From: Bacteroidales bacterium | Lineage (GTDB): Bacteria > Bacteroidota > Bacteroidia > Bacteroidales > WCHB1-69 | Assembly (NCBI GenBank): GCA_024686335.1 | Contig: JAILCI010000040.1 | Location: forward strand, 73,680 to 137,679 | DNA: 64,000 nt | Reading direction: 5' to 3' | Part shown: piece by piece, positions 57,701-62,256 of the stretch | Position numbering within the stretch: position 1 is the first letter of the stretch | How the letters are laid out: each line of letters starts with the position of its first letter | Notes under the pieces: generated by a model | The model's input: the letters and a program-made list of their open reading frames with translations, nothing else | What the model was told of the DNA's origin: nothing | Database searches by the model: none | Position numbers and translations under genes: made by a program

Positions 57701-60700
57701 TGTACAACCATTTGCGTCTTTAACATTTACTTGATATTGGTTAGCAGACAAACCACTAAAAGTACCATTAGGAGAATACGCACTTTCCTCTTGAGTACTC
57801 AACTTATATTGATAGTTCGGAGTACCATTAACACCTGTAATGGTAAAACTACCTGTATTATTACCCTTACAATCCACGTCTGTCTCATCAGAAATAGTAG
57901 CATACAACAAGGAAGGCTCTGCAACAGTCACCATCTGGGTAGCCGTACAGCCATTGGCATCCTTGACGATAATCATATGGTTTCCGCCATCCACGTCAGT
58001 AAAGTTCAATTCATTCTTATAGGCACCGGCATCCAAACGATATTGATAGTTCGGAGTACCGCCTGTCGTATTTCCATTTGCAGTAATTGTCGCATTATCG
58101 TCCCCATAACACAACAAATCCGTATGATTGGGAAGCGGTAATGTCAGAGCCTCGGGCACCGTAACATTAATGGTAGTGGAGGCTGTCTGGCCGCATGCAT
58201 CTGTTACTGTCACCGTCACTGGTGTAGTCTCGGTAATAAGAGTGTTAACGGCAGGAGATTGTGTCACCACAAGATCTGTCGTTGCTGTACAAGTATAAGG
58301 ATCGGCAACCGTCACATAGGTGGTTCCAGTAAGGTCAGGGATTTTGTAGCCGCAAGAACCGGTAGTAGTGGCTGCCACACCAGCATCGGCCAGCGTTGTT
58401 TTGGTAATAGTGGGCGCATCACTTTCGTGCTGCACCACGTATGTATAAGTCCAATCGCGGTAGTTGTCTTCACAACTATCTACCGAATAACGATAGGTAT
58501 AAGTAAACGTACCGTTACATTTGAGTTCATCTGCAGAAGGGGAGGAAATCAAAGTTCGCGTGGTGGGCATGTTACAACCAGCCGTCACATCTGATGGCAC
58601 TTCTGTAGGATCAGGAGTCTTCACATCAGTGATACAATTCACCACCTTAGGAGTAGTTTGTGCCGTAATGCTCCAGTCGTCAATCTCCACCGTGACATGC
58701 TTGCCTATTTCAGCCACACAACCGATGGCATCGGTGTAAGAAATTGTATAATCATATTCTGCCGCGCAAGTGCCAGACGGGATAGGCACTTCATACGTGG
58801 TAGTAGTGGTACCTGTAGCAACCGTATCTGTTTTCACCACCTCATTGCCTAACTTCCATTCCACGGTATTGCCAGAGGTGGAGTTTGAAATATTCACCAA
58901 GACTGTTCTGTCCGTGGTAGAAGCATTCGGACAAAGTATATCGTCTGTCTGGCTTAGTATTACGGGGTTAGCACCCTGACTGACCTCAACATTTACGGTG
59001 ATCGGATCACCTATACAGTAGAAGCCTTTGGTAGGTGTTACAGAATAGGTAACAGTGATAGTATGATCAGTAGAGTTTGTGATCGTACCATGTACATTAG
59101 GTTCTGAATAACCTGCCTCGCCGCCCGTAAAGGCATCATCTGAAGTGGGCTCACTCCAACTATAGCGCGTACCTGACGGTATTGAATCAACAGCCGTCAT
59201 CTGAACAGTGAAGGGATATCCGCTGCAGACATTTTGTTTCGTAATAGGACTAACAAAATTAAACGGATTAGAACGTGCATTGATAGTAGTTGACTCTGAC
59301 ACATGACATCCATTAGCATCTGTAACCGTTACATTATAACCTTGTGGGGTGAAATTAGAAAGTATGGTATAACTTGTCTGGCTGATGTCGGTAGACGATA
59401 TTGTTGATGTCGGGGCGGCATCATTATCGCCCCGCCAAGAAATAGTATATGGCTGAGTACCACCAGTATACACCACATCAATAGAACCATCCTGACTGTC
59501 GCAGTTCGGATCATGAGCTGTTAATGTAATAATCCTTAATTCATCCGGTTCCTTTACCGTAATCGTATCACTTTTTATACACCCTTCGCCATCTGAAGTA
59601 TGAAACGCATCCTTCACCGTTACCGTATAGGTACCAGCAAGCAGCCCATCAAAAACCGCAGAAGTAGTACTACTAGCTGTGACAGGGTCTTTTGGCGTAA
59701 GACCATCACTAATGAGATATACCGTATAGCTGCCATCTGAACCGACTGTACCACCAGTAATATTGCTTACTGTTATCTTACCAGTATTTTCACCATTACA
59801 TTTCACTGGGTCCTGTTTCAAATCAAAATCAATATTTTGTTCCCATTGGGCATAGAGGGTTGTTTGGTCATCTGCATTTTGGAATTGTGTGGTGCCCATT
59901 ATGGTATTACCATCATCATCTTTCCATCCACGGAAAGTGTAGTTTTCGCGTGAGACCTCGTCTGAAAAATCCCAACGAGGATTAGACCCATAGGTTGTAT
60001 TATATTTCAAATGAAATGTATCAGAAGCAGATAAACTTGCGCCATTACCATTGGGATCCAAACGGACATAATAGGTTTTGGGCTCCCATTTCGCATATAT
60101 ATTACAATCACCTGCTTGCCAAGTACCTGTCAAATCAACTTGAGTTCCAGTCAATGATTCATTCCAATACCATCCCTCTATTTCATACCCATCCTTAGTA
60201 ATACCATTGGACGAACTGAGATTGCAACTGGCCAAGTTAACATTCATCTGTTGATCATAAACTACTGTAAATTGATAATCATCACCAATTTGTGTAAGGC
60301 AATCTCCAATTAAAGAACCTCCATTGGTGTGCACTGTACACACATATTCATTGGCTTTCCATTTAGCATAAAGTTTAAAATTAGTGGTTTGCTTACAATT
60401 ACTAGAATCATTGACCGATTTAGTACATGCAGCGTCAAAAAACCAACCTACAAATGTATAACCATTACGTGATGGATTTGTGGAAGGAATGATACTTGAA
60501 TAAAGATTATAATAGGGTAGCGTTGTTGTGCTTGTGGAACCTCCCGTATAATTTTCATTAAATGTGACTGTCAGGGTAAGTGTCGTATAAGTAATCCACA
60601 CTGCACCATTGGCACCGGAACCGCCGGTATTAGAGCCTCCGCCTAGGCCCTCCCAACAATTTCTCACCGCGCCTCCTCCACCTCCGCCAGGTGCATTTCC

Positions 60701-61414
60701 GCCTCTACCATCATGAGTATCAGTACCGTCATAACCTTCACCTCCAGTTCCTCCACCGCCACCGGCAGCTCCTCCTGTACCTGAATATGCATCACCTCCC
60801 CAACCTGCTCCCCAGGCGGATTCCGTTGCAGCTCCTCCACCTGGAGAACCTGATTCACCATTACCAGACACCACAGTTCCTCCTAATCCACCTTCTGCAC
60901 TGTTTGTTCCGTTACAACTATTACCCTTCTTTCCTCCACCAGCTTCAACCTCAATTGAATAGGATGAACTAGAAAAAACAATTCTAGAATTACCACCATC
61001 ATTGGATCCACCACCACCCGAACCTACTTCATATGTGATAGTTCTACTATTTGACAATGTAAATGGAGTTTCACTTTTAACATAAGCACCGCCGCCACCG
61101 CCAGCACCAGCGCCATGTTTGTTGGCACCATTATAAGCATTACCACCGCCACCGCCGCCGCCCCAGGCTTCAATTTTGACAACCTGGTATGCGCCTACGG
61201 GAGCAGTCCAAGTACCCGAACCTGAAGTATACTTCACAGGATCCTGTTGCACTGGTGTTTGTCCCCACGCGTCTCCCATGCCGACCATAAGGGCGAGGCA
61301 GAGAGTGAAGAGAATTTGAGAGAATGAAAGGATAGGCTTTTTACGTTGAGCGGGGTTGTAGTCCGCAGTCGTCATCGTAGCCTTCGTTCCGTCAAAATTG
61401 TAATTGTTGTTCAT
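33737..61414 (-). CDS. Giant (~9,225 aa) repetitive surface protein/adhesin with C-terminal FISUMP-like domain
   Basis: One open frame of 27,678 bp. Signal peptide ...LCLALMVGMGDAWG-Q; Gly-rich domain (IEAWGGGGGGG); InlB-B-like repeats (GYTFVGWF...LYAKW); many SprB-like repeats (C.G...G.I...GGT.PY.Y...YTVTVTDANGC); HYR-like (KDETAPTI..CP); He_PIG-like (GLP.GV....ISGTPT); MBG-like (KVYDGTAL); C-terminus CWTKTNL...YGHLYTW...ICPNGWYLPT...GFTGLPGG...YYW...GYSIRCIKE. Confidence 0.88.
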   Translation of the reverse strand: MNNNYNFDGTKATMTTADYNPAQRKKPILSFSQILFTLCLALMVGMGDAWGQTPVQQDPVKYTSGSGTWTAPVGAYQVVKIEAWGGGGGGGNAYNGANKHGAGAGGGGGAYVKSETPFTLSNSRTITYEVGSGGGGSNDGGNSRIVFSSSSYSIEVEAGGGKKGNSCNGTNSAEGGLGGTVVSGNGESGSPGGGAATESAWGAGWGGDAYSGTGGAAGGGGGTGGEGYDGTDTHDGRGGNAPGGGGGGAVRNCWEGLGGGSNTGGSGANGAVWITYTTLTLTVTFNENYTGGSTSTTTLPYYNLYSSIIPSTNPSRNGYTFVGWFFDAACTKSVNDSSNCKQTTNFKLYAKWKANEYVCTVHTNGGSLIGDCLTQIGDDYQFTVVYDQQMNVNLASCNLSSSNGITKDGYEIEGWYWNESLTGTQVDLTGTWQAGDCNIYAKWEPKTYYVRLDPNGNGASLSASDTFHLKYNTTYGSNPRWDFSDEVSRENYTFRGWKDDDGNTIMGTTQFQNADDQTTLYAQWEQNIDFDLKQDPVKCNGENTGKITVSNITGGTVGSDGSYTVYLISDGLTPKDPVTASSTTSAVFDGLLAGTYTVTVKDAFHTSDGEGCIKSDTITVKEPDELRIITLTAHDPNCDSQDGSIDVVYTGGTQPYTISWRGDNDAAPTSTISSTDISQTSYTILSNFTPQGYNVTVTDANGCHVSESTTINARSNPFNFVSPITKQNVCSGYPFTVQMTAVDSIPSGTRYSWSEPTSDDAFTGGEAGYSEPNVHGTITNSTDHTITVTYSVTPTKGFYCIGDPITVNVEVSQGANPVILSQTDDILCPNASTTDRTVLVNISNSTSGNTVEWKLGNEVVKTDTVATGTTTTTYEVPIPSGTCAAEYDYTISYTDAIGCVAEIGKHVTVEIDDWSITAQTTPKVVNCITDVKTPDPTEVPSDVTAGCNMPTTRTLISSPSADELKCNGTFTYTYRYSVDSCEDNYRDWTYTYVVQHESDAPTITKTTLADAGVAATTTGSCGYKIPDLTGTTYVTVADPYTCTATTDLVVTQSPAVNTLITETTPVTVTVTDACGQTASTTINVTVPEALTLPLPNHTDLLCYGDDNATITANGNTTGGTPNYQYRLDAGAYKNELNFTDVDGGNHMIIVKDANGCTATQMVTVAEPSLLYATISDETDVDCKGNNTGSFTITGVNGTPNYQYKLSTQEESAYSPNGTFSGLSANQYQVNVKDANGCTTTATVTVNEPSLNLTTQVTPDAAICAGNTTTIFVSANGGNGSYEYVWDDPSSSTSAIVMVTPTGTTTYHVTVTDAKGCVSRDSVKITINPQVTLNLGEKATQIVCFKNAIEDINIETNVPSNNMIANGLPTGVSLSNGIISGTPTVSGVYNYTVMAFSQYGCPQQSATGTITIYAPAVELNDMTNQTICAGSSTDLTVTTQSFTGEVTYQWYSGDATTGTPLSTGSTLSDVTEAGTYTVVATATVGTGDDACTATDTATVTVTVNDPQVSVADIASETICYGTTHTFETVTSDVNGDLTFVWKDAEDNTVGTAANYTTPSNLTAGEHVYTVSVTATVGNCTTEPIVKTCTVTVRPQFTAGAIATTGQSVCYGATSLTAIGSTTDASGGDENITYQWYHNDVEIEDATDATFTPDAANYTTTAGTHTFTRKAHDGLCNTDFVQSTGSWVLTVYPQMTPGSINNAGQEICKGATASAILNSVQAAGGNGTITYQWQVNTGENGAFVAADGTNDQLNYTPTSAYTNTAGTYIFKRLAKDETCNTTGIYTAETYTLTVHETPTVSITTQLQNPYCPNTGDITLDATASGANSYIYTWSGNLTPNATQDNTATFTLPTQCGQSYSVGVSIVDNHGCTATAEAVTLTVNDATAPVIGTISTLSAIANDNCTYVVPNYMADGVVSVTETCSNYTLSQSPVAGTSIAQGTTATSHDVVITATNACGLSSSETVTITVPAKMTLEATPTSTVVCEGTSVAFSATATNGVGDVTYQWPGISGHDTYAAANNSFSYTPQSTNTFTVNAQDANGCTASAQVNVTVNTAPADVALNCPGTIQYNTNGTLSVRPLVTGETIAWSLSNTNASFTTTPGSTDASVTVHGDNVGQVIVTATISKTGNLGDCLSKTETCTLTVAQNVMTVHCPGDKTKVYDGSALEFTTNEITVRDADNNAITGYTLSYSTDGENFSSTRPTITDAGTIQVTVKATHTQYSENTCQFTMTVTPRPITLTSTECAAWTGNQMVSNLNGATVTEGELVTNHTISAGTVTTNQATGGVYTYSSSSSSNTATPADLAIMEGTNNRTANYAVTLNTTQTILQAQITHDIVNNTCPLASGQNYTFTASVAGGVTLTLPTYAWSYTIDGGETQSAEGPTLNIASDGICHTYAVSATITDGSCTSNTATTSITSKDETAPTIQSCPATVVALPNNGEGVTPSCTYLIPDVVSQVVAQDNCTATNLLSITQSPAANTVVTTDNRTITVTVKDLCNNSSTKTVTVTLPETLALSTYSSTAVTCHDGNNGTVTIAAATGGTSPYTYNINNVTATNLTFSGLSAGNYTVVATDANGCTANLAVTVNNIDALTATAADKIICYGGNKNISVTAQGGSGNYTYVWSSEAGSQATVNVAPTVTTEYTVTVSDLADATCSTTATCTVNVRPQFTAGAIATTGQSICFGATDGFTEIGNATSAFGGDSNITYQWYHNDEAINNTNSATYTPNSDYTSVAGTHTFTRKAKDGTCNTEFEQSTGSWVLTVYPELNAGAISGSETICEGATPSAIGAGTLPSGGQGEFQYLWQVSTDNGNNYSDAAGTNSESTYTPATSYAQNISGTATYTFIRKVKNATCGDWMPSTGTYTLTVNDTIVPVISGEDDICISTSLDNTTLELVETATDPSGYSYQWTLGNGENGTVSGSATTRNFAASWSTTGEKHVYLTVTNGTTGCVSRTSKTITVNDIPVAVISATDEVCPSATSQTITGTVTSTATPNYKYEWNGGGLFTNQTQDITTTSSTVTVTDVPDVCNTNYTIALKVTDGNGCSANATPFTITVKDATAPTFATGDPIPATAAANCTYTMPSLNIPAVLSRVTNDNCSYGDIAFVSQSVPVGTSYNQSSVEQTIPVTVVVEDACHNTVSQTVNVTIPANTLAATISGNTPICKGASSTISVTSVEGVTGTPTYAWAHETNSTNTTTVSPTTSTVYTVTVTGDNGCYVVKTQNIVVNELPTVNVANTTVCSGQGTATLSAVGNGTGTLQYVWNDDATNPTTGPTLTVPAPSTETSYTVEVTDGNGCQNSTTGTIYIYTPVQVTVNNAEICADGTATLTANMAEQSSPLYSWAPSTYLSASTGASVTFSGAEAGSYTVTVTGTDDHNCTSTATSTITVNPLPVVAINAVDPLCPSAGSTTVTAEVTTTTATPYTYNWSASTGLSLSAQTDNAATSQVTASFGTGCNNTYTVNLNIVDAEGCTATAEPISVVVKDEAAPVIGTIADVTATAAGSCKYEMPNLSATVLAATQDSECGYTGNNVTFVSQSVPAGTSYTQTTSAQTIVVNVVVKDACGNTANKDVNVIIPANNFTAEITDPYAICYGADATTITVTPSQASGTVTYNWSSSTSEAFDITDNVISVTPTANTTYNVTATDGNGCTVNLSTTVSVNALPVVTVSNDVVCNGQGTAELVASVTAAEPYTCVWTVSGVEVQDNDNKDDTLTIVNPTIAQDYTVTVTDNNGCVNSGMGHLSLDTIPNIQITNEITTVCANSTLQLTASNGATYEWAAPEGVTLSATTGASVNFSSATAGQYTVTVTGTNSNGCSATDDVAITVNALPVPEITSPNLSICQGQQTTTLAATGGFPQYKWNYNNAEDQTITVGAAGTYTVTVTDANGCKGSVSATVTANPMPTVTLAADDATICPEGQQNAALTATANGGTLENGNTYTYVWTLGETTITPTEPTSYTTSVTGTYKVKVSDSEGCYAESNTVTISNHTLPTVTVNSANICASGTATLMANGAQTYTWDPATYLTVNNANATFAAAAAGEYTVTVTGIDGNGCQNTATSTIKVNPDVVLTLADGSGAKDQNLCANTALTPIVFNIQNATISQSAGVLPAGVTFDPSTKTISGTPTQTGTFEYTIKAASNQTNPECDPVTITGTIKVNPTVQLTVTPLTQEICAGGNIQDITLTSVNGTLPATLSLAEGLTYTRTDDFNATITGSIATANEDGYTYNIVAVSNQTDPTCDPAPKQITITVHPNPVAAIATIPTVCPASGTQAITANITTPTTANYTYAWTGGVVLTPANTTTANTSNEVSAAVPVVCDNSYAINLTVTDNYGCQATATKTMTVKDETTPTISTVAAVAANNNVVTATSIGNCKYTVPNLTTSDYVTVADDCTTQTLAVTQSVAAGTQFTATETSKDVVVTVTDGCGKKATVTITVKKPDAVAVTITAGAEGVCLGDNTTLTASATSGNGTEGMTFTWSPNTGLSATNTAAVTATPTTTTEYTVTARDGNGCSATATQTVNVYTLPTVTIADVADLCPNAGSTTLTATADLEDADNPTFNYSWSCESLSWTASASEQGTTNTQTLSSIPNTCTATTYTVSVEVTETAHNCQASTTNTVTVKDEENPTITPSVTTIQASTAGGTGCTYTMPDLTTAITYTVEDNCTLATTLQNTLTQSVTAGTTISETTPVTVTITDGCNHTATTTIVVTVPDAFTIVENTLGHQNVTCPGGHDGQAMIDVDHIVGGTAPFTYTVDAGQYGSEYTFSGLTAGTHHLTAKDANGCTATKDVVITQPDAFDVTISTTPATCANNNGAVSVVVTGGTPSSVTGYAFQYAGELTYSAGDYTNSASSVSPHSISTLEVGSYTVTITDNNDCSIEEDFEITLDNNLEITSIPTPKPLCSGGSFAVQPVTSTPGTTTYTWNAPTQSIENGVSNTAASGSNETTINGSNLENVTANQEPVTLTYNVTAHNGVCTYDAALVMTVNATVRPQVTITPADFTVCPNVGTQELSAVIAHVYADKDTLTWTFNNGTPIVEYHNNPSSTYTETQVVDIPSDDCNTTYPYIVSYTDGVCTNSASGNVTVTVEDGIVITPPTSVDTTVNCFADVKTPHMLRHKMPTSIVDACGQVIEYNHYIDFNVSTFNVPCNGDQVFTYTYSDCNGNTKDYTYTYHIQAPALTLPDPGAATVVCESDAVTPATPQTLIDACDRAVPAVLVDNTTENPNPVSTVTNGSGTVTYHYTYTTCDGAVSDWYYVYTVNPAAYTPEENVEVTRNCKSELIAAADIPVPNFSICGTHIDFTLRTGYPQDNFTLDCGTRTYLYDYTVNGTAYTWTYTETVKPVDFTMPDNQGSTVACYSAITAPTLPVVKDACNNILTPTGLVISPENFTGCTGNVTYTYTYKDCQNHEHQWVYTYHVNDSVAPTFTTLPANNTVMADHTSDANGCYYTYPNLTDGEVVATANCSGVNSAISYSQDTTAGTAIKQTDAVQNLPVVVTATNGCGISSTTTIYVTVPAKLTVAEVASEHHNVTCFNGSDGSVKVEVTTGTGTSPYQYSINTTATQNLAGVFTDLSVPANPTSGTNAQGGIWYGDYTVTASDAHGCQATTTVTIASPVELAWENCPTDMVFCCDAGQTYATVIPGVNFTVPELNTTANFTDIEVALNASENHYPIGETTVAYYTEDECKEYEGVECSFTITVLPNPAVDFEDADLANQTKCFGQPIDDIVLTFSNATLTATGLPEGVTLDAETGVISGTPTATPAPAGTSYPYIITATSNQSAGDVTGCGTQTLTGTITVKPAPTVTLVSTQESCTGNDATITATYQNGMSANNNIFIALDNATEHVQIPGIGTTKEYTGLAAGEHVVTVWAASFDPVTYSLVEGCSASATIEVTLDSPYPAQNISDIEVPTICSGATFTATPDAPDFQNYTTTYAWDAPAVTDITGGAAATAQANVNGTLSNTTSASQDAVYTVTPTTGNVCVGSTFTVTVPVYGQLTLAETSPDATYCKGEENVAALAVTANAGSGSYTYQWLKNDVAIEGADADTYTPSTADAGTFVYKVTVHDAAGCGDSTRTIATIMVNDTLVPNIVSNDDVCVNSSLIKNELGITDENGNATDYTYTWTLGDGGSITSTPVNSNAITAVWTSAGEKTVSLVATNSATGCQSHAKKTITVYNVPTPALNNENVCISTSSTNNTLTLTTDADQNDYAWTVGTDGTYTGSGNSVEAQWSSIGNKTVTVTYTDAHGCRATTTKVVQVKAVPVPVLSNSAVCVYGSTTNNTITLNTNSGMSSYVWTLAESDGTISAGQGTSSLTAYWTQAGAKTVTVAMTNSDNCTASISATITVNDISTPTITGDHAICVSNSSTTDVLSLSTESNMTSYIWSVNGGNIISGSGTNAITVEWTSDGAKTVTVNYTNAAGCTNPTATEHAVTVYPNPIPTIEGADNICISTSATNTELTLKTQPGMTDYVWNTGDATVVSGGTSTDSTVTLTWTTTGSKTVTVNYKNANGCTNPTPASKTITVNALTVPTLTGGDVCIDTSEANTTFNLSTQSGMSDYVWTVGQDGTFTGETDAIEAQWSSVGEKTVTVTFKDGNNCTTTSTTTVNVFPKPTVEVTDYNSQCFNTADGFITLNLAAGTPNYTVTWNANGSTGSLGNGVYTISNLADGSYSISVTDSKGCKVSTTQTVEQIAQTLTVTAVDHTWDYDGTAHTDAGYNIAFGTESYNVAAADAANGHALINGDVVTAVVTGSITEAGTQTNTVSSVKVMRDETDVTCYYNVSKVNGELKINPIDVTVTLHGNNSTLPYDGTAHTVEGYTVDAISSTLYTANDFGLATGVVASATRTNVVEGEDTDGKTDMGLTSASFVNNNPNFATVTFTVTDGYQIITPIDVTVAIVGNTATNAYDGTAHTVEGYTATTESTLYKVTGETVDFTFSGTASATRTNVVEGEDTDGKTDMGLASGQFANANPNFGTVTFEVTDGYQIITPIDVTVSIVGNTATNAYDGTAHTVEGYTATTESTLYKVTGETVDFTFSGTASATRTNVVEGTDTDGKTDMGLAAGQFANANPNFATVTFNVTDGYQVITPITAAVTIVGNTATNAYDGESHTVEGYTATTESTLYKVTGETVDFTFSGTASATRTNVVEGTDTDGKTDMGLAASQFANANPNFSTVTFNVTDGYQVITPITAEVTIVGNTATNAYDGTAHTVEGYTATTENTLYKVTGETVDFTFSGTASATRTNVVEGTDTDGQTDMGLAAGQFTNTNTNFSTVTFNVTDGYQVITPIDVTVTITGHSNTTTYDGAEHSVHGYDATFSTPLYTINDFSFSGDSTAARMVEGTTYMNLKGTDAGTENQFTNTNSNFGTVTFNVTDGYQTITPIDVVVVTITGHNNTTTYDGTAHSVHGYDVAISNQLYTVDDFTFSGDSTATRTDVDTTFMGLAASQFANTNDNFTTVTFNVTDGYQAITPSDALTITPPTERTKTYDGTELAGTSSAAAAYGTTAPTVTYQYSTDGGNTWTSTTDAPSITDVDTIMVKVTATCPNYNSVDSVFTLSVTRRNVTLTSAGDTKPYDGTALTNSTVTVGGDGFADGEGATYSVTGSQTEVGQSDNTFTYTLNANTDANNYNITTTPGTLEVTANTSALVINSNSKTWTYDGEAHTYPSYTVTYAGAEVAHITGDSTRFKLPTGDTLTISTPASVTDYTAGVANTYAYSIENQTFYTAITANEGTIAISKRPVTLTGETATRTYNGTEQSITGITADNLVSGHTWTIAYAAAGTNAGDYNGSFSGTNSIMNGTVDVTDNYTITLTPGVLTISPLTGVTVTIVGNHNTNVYNGTAYTTTGYVATANSTLYNVASDFSFSGTASASRTDVGTTNMGLLATQFTNTNSNFSGVTFTVTADGYQTVTPITTSITITANSDTRKYNGSALTNAGYTFTDGVLLTGDVLTATVEGTITHVGTANNVVTSYKVMRGAVDVTANYTFATSVNGTLEVTKRNVTLTSATDSKVFDGTALTNSTVTVGGDGFADGEGATYNVTGSQLATGASANTFTYTLNSNTSAGDYNITKTEGTLTVHSVNSVVVTITGNQNSNVYNGTTYTTTGYVATADNSLYNVNTDFTFSGTASASRLDVGTTNMGLTAAMFTNTNTNFAEVTFTVVDGYQTVTPITTPIIITADSDNKTYDGSALTDAGYTYTTGVLLTGDVLTATVEGTITHVGTANNVVTSYKVMRGTTDVTANYTFATPVNGILEVTKRNVTLTSATDSKVYDGTALTNNTVTVGGDGFVTGEGASYSVTGTQTNAGFSSNAFTYTLNSDTQAGDYTITTTAGTLTVNPLTGVTVTIVGNNSTDVYNGTAYTTTGYVATASSTLYNVASDFSFSGTASASRTDVGTTNMGLLATQFTNTNTNFSGVTFTVTDGYQAVTPSDALTITPPTERTQVYDGTALSGTSTADAPYGTSTPTVTYQYSTDGGTTWTPSTVVPSVTDVDTIMVKVTATCPNYNPVDSVFSLSVTRRPVTLTSATLSKTYDGTPLVNGTEPLAVETGWVSGQGATYTFTGTQTEIGHSDNSFTYTLNSGTNANNYDITVTFGQLVVSGISLPVVITSNSQSWTYDGEAHTYPSYSVTFDGVAVARLATDSTKFELPNGDIITVTTPASITNVGTADNTFDYTIATSTYYTNVTKVEGTLAVTARPLTLTGESSSVVYTGAAQTITGVTADNLVAGHTWTTTYSATGTNVGTYDGVFSGTNKIMNGTEDVTSNYNITLVPGALIITPANLTITISNASKIYDGTPFVVDYTSADVVVTGLVDGDALNAGEVTTSDFRVGTYTYVFTPSGFAMLSMAPVSGVANITTPFGTTKGISNYSVSYNLKLDITLRTLDITAADATKVYDGTALTSNGYTIAAVDSLATGDVATIAHAGSQTCVGTSEHTIGAVIVMKDGTTDVTDQYTIVRHAGTLEVTNFTDFTCPANETVTLNFGECDIEYTLTGEATVGTGMTPNSYVVANDLASQNPLAVGDHTITWTLSDTCGNVMATCPQTVTVNFPECPTATDADNITYESVRIGCECWTKTNLKSEHYVGGADIPDVMTYYSPLYYNDEAANLATYGHLYTWEAAVNGGTTNSYGHVPGICPNGWYLPTKEQYEELNAYGPDALRATTLWVDGAGTNTTGFTGLPGGKYNGALDRYEDMTLMDYYWATTTVGGTVVPVEIELTVNCLRVTNVSSNNPNGYSIRCIKEKE
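39591..41085 (-). repeat. Five tandem 297-bp (99-aa) coding repeats inside the giant gene
   Basis: GAAGGT anchor at 39632, 39929, 40226, 40523 and 40820. Unit peptide NTATNAYDGTAHTVEGYTATTESTLYKVTGETVDFTFSGTASATRTNVVEG..TDGKTDMGL. Four copies are near-identical and the fifth is diverged. Confidence 0.95.
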
Positions 61415-61501
61415 ATTGATAATTTTTATTTTTTCCAAATCCATTGGCACGCTGCCTATATAAAAATATAATATGTATACGCACGCGCGCAAAAAACGTT
61501 G

Positions 61502-61509
61502 CAAAAGTA
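61502..61509 (-). promoter_or_regulatory. -7 promoter box (TACTTTTG) for the giant gene
   Basis: TAnnTTTG about 90 bp upstream of ATG 61414. This supports that start over the longer ORF-track start at 61522. Confidence 0.6.
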
Positions 61510-61619
61510 CAATTTTAAACAATACGATGTTAACATTTCAGCAGAAAAATTTGCAAATATAACGGACTGATTGACAAAGGGTTGGGAAAGTGAGGGATTT
61601 TTGGACCAAAAAGGACGGA

Positions 61620-61910
61620 CTCGCTGCGCTCGTAGGTTTGCGCCCGGAGTTCCCGCAGATTTAGGATTTTTTTGTTCGCTGCGCTCACTGTTTTGTGCCC
61701 GCAGATTACGCAGATCTCGCAGATGAACGCAGATTTTTGTTCTCGCTGCGCGAGGAGATTACGCAGAGTTTTTTGTTCGCTGCGCTCACGGTTTGCTCCC
61801 GCAGATTACGCAGATTACGCAGATGAACGCAGAGTTTTGTTCTCGCTGCGCGAGGAGATTACGCAGAGTTTTTTTGTTCGCTGCGCTCACGGGTTTGTGC
61901 CCGCAGATGG
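61620..61910 (+). repeat. 101-bp tandem repeat (~2.4 copies) built of CGCAGA and TCGCTGCGC motifs
   Basis: GTTCGCTGCGCTCAC at 61674, 61775 and 61876, with internal CGCAGATTACGCAGAT..CGCAGATGAACGCAGA. Partial copy at 61620. Confidence 0.9.
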
Positions 61911-61927
61911 ACACAACTCGCTTCACA

Positions 61928-62254
61928 GTCAGCGACAGTGAGGAGCCGCCGCGTGCTGAAGGCACGCCATCCTAGTAACCCCGCACTCGCAGTGTGGGGT
62001 GGTCTCGCGCAATCCGGGGCGGGTCAGCGACAGTGAGGACACGCCGCGTGCTGAAGGCACGCCATCCTATTAGCCCCGCACTCGCAGTGTGGGGTTGTCC
62101 CGCACAATACGGGGGCGGGTCAGAGACAGTGAGGACACGCCGCGTGCTGAAGGCACGCCATCCTAGTAACCCCGCACTCGCAGTGTGGGGTGGACTCGCG
62201 CAATCCGGGGGCGGGTCAGAGACAGTGAGGAGTCGCCGCGTGCTGAAGGCACGC
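61928..62254 (+). repeat. Array of 95-96 bp double-hairpin repeats on the 3' side of tnpA
   Basis: GCGTGCTGAAGGCACGC at 61951, 62046, 62142 and 62238. The first three continue CATCCTA.TA.CCCCGCACTCGCAGTGTGGGGT. Confidence 0.92.
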
Positions 62255-62256
62255 AA

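Noticed and set aside
61928-62254. Possible CRISPR array
   Set aside because: The inter-hairpin segments are near-identical rather than unique spacers, the period is 95-96 bp, and no cas genes are present in the window.
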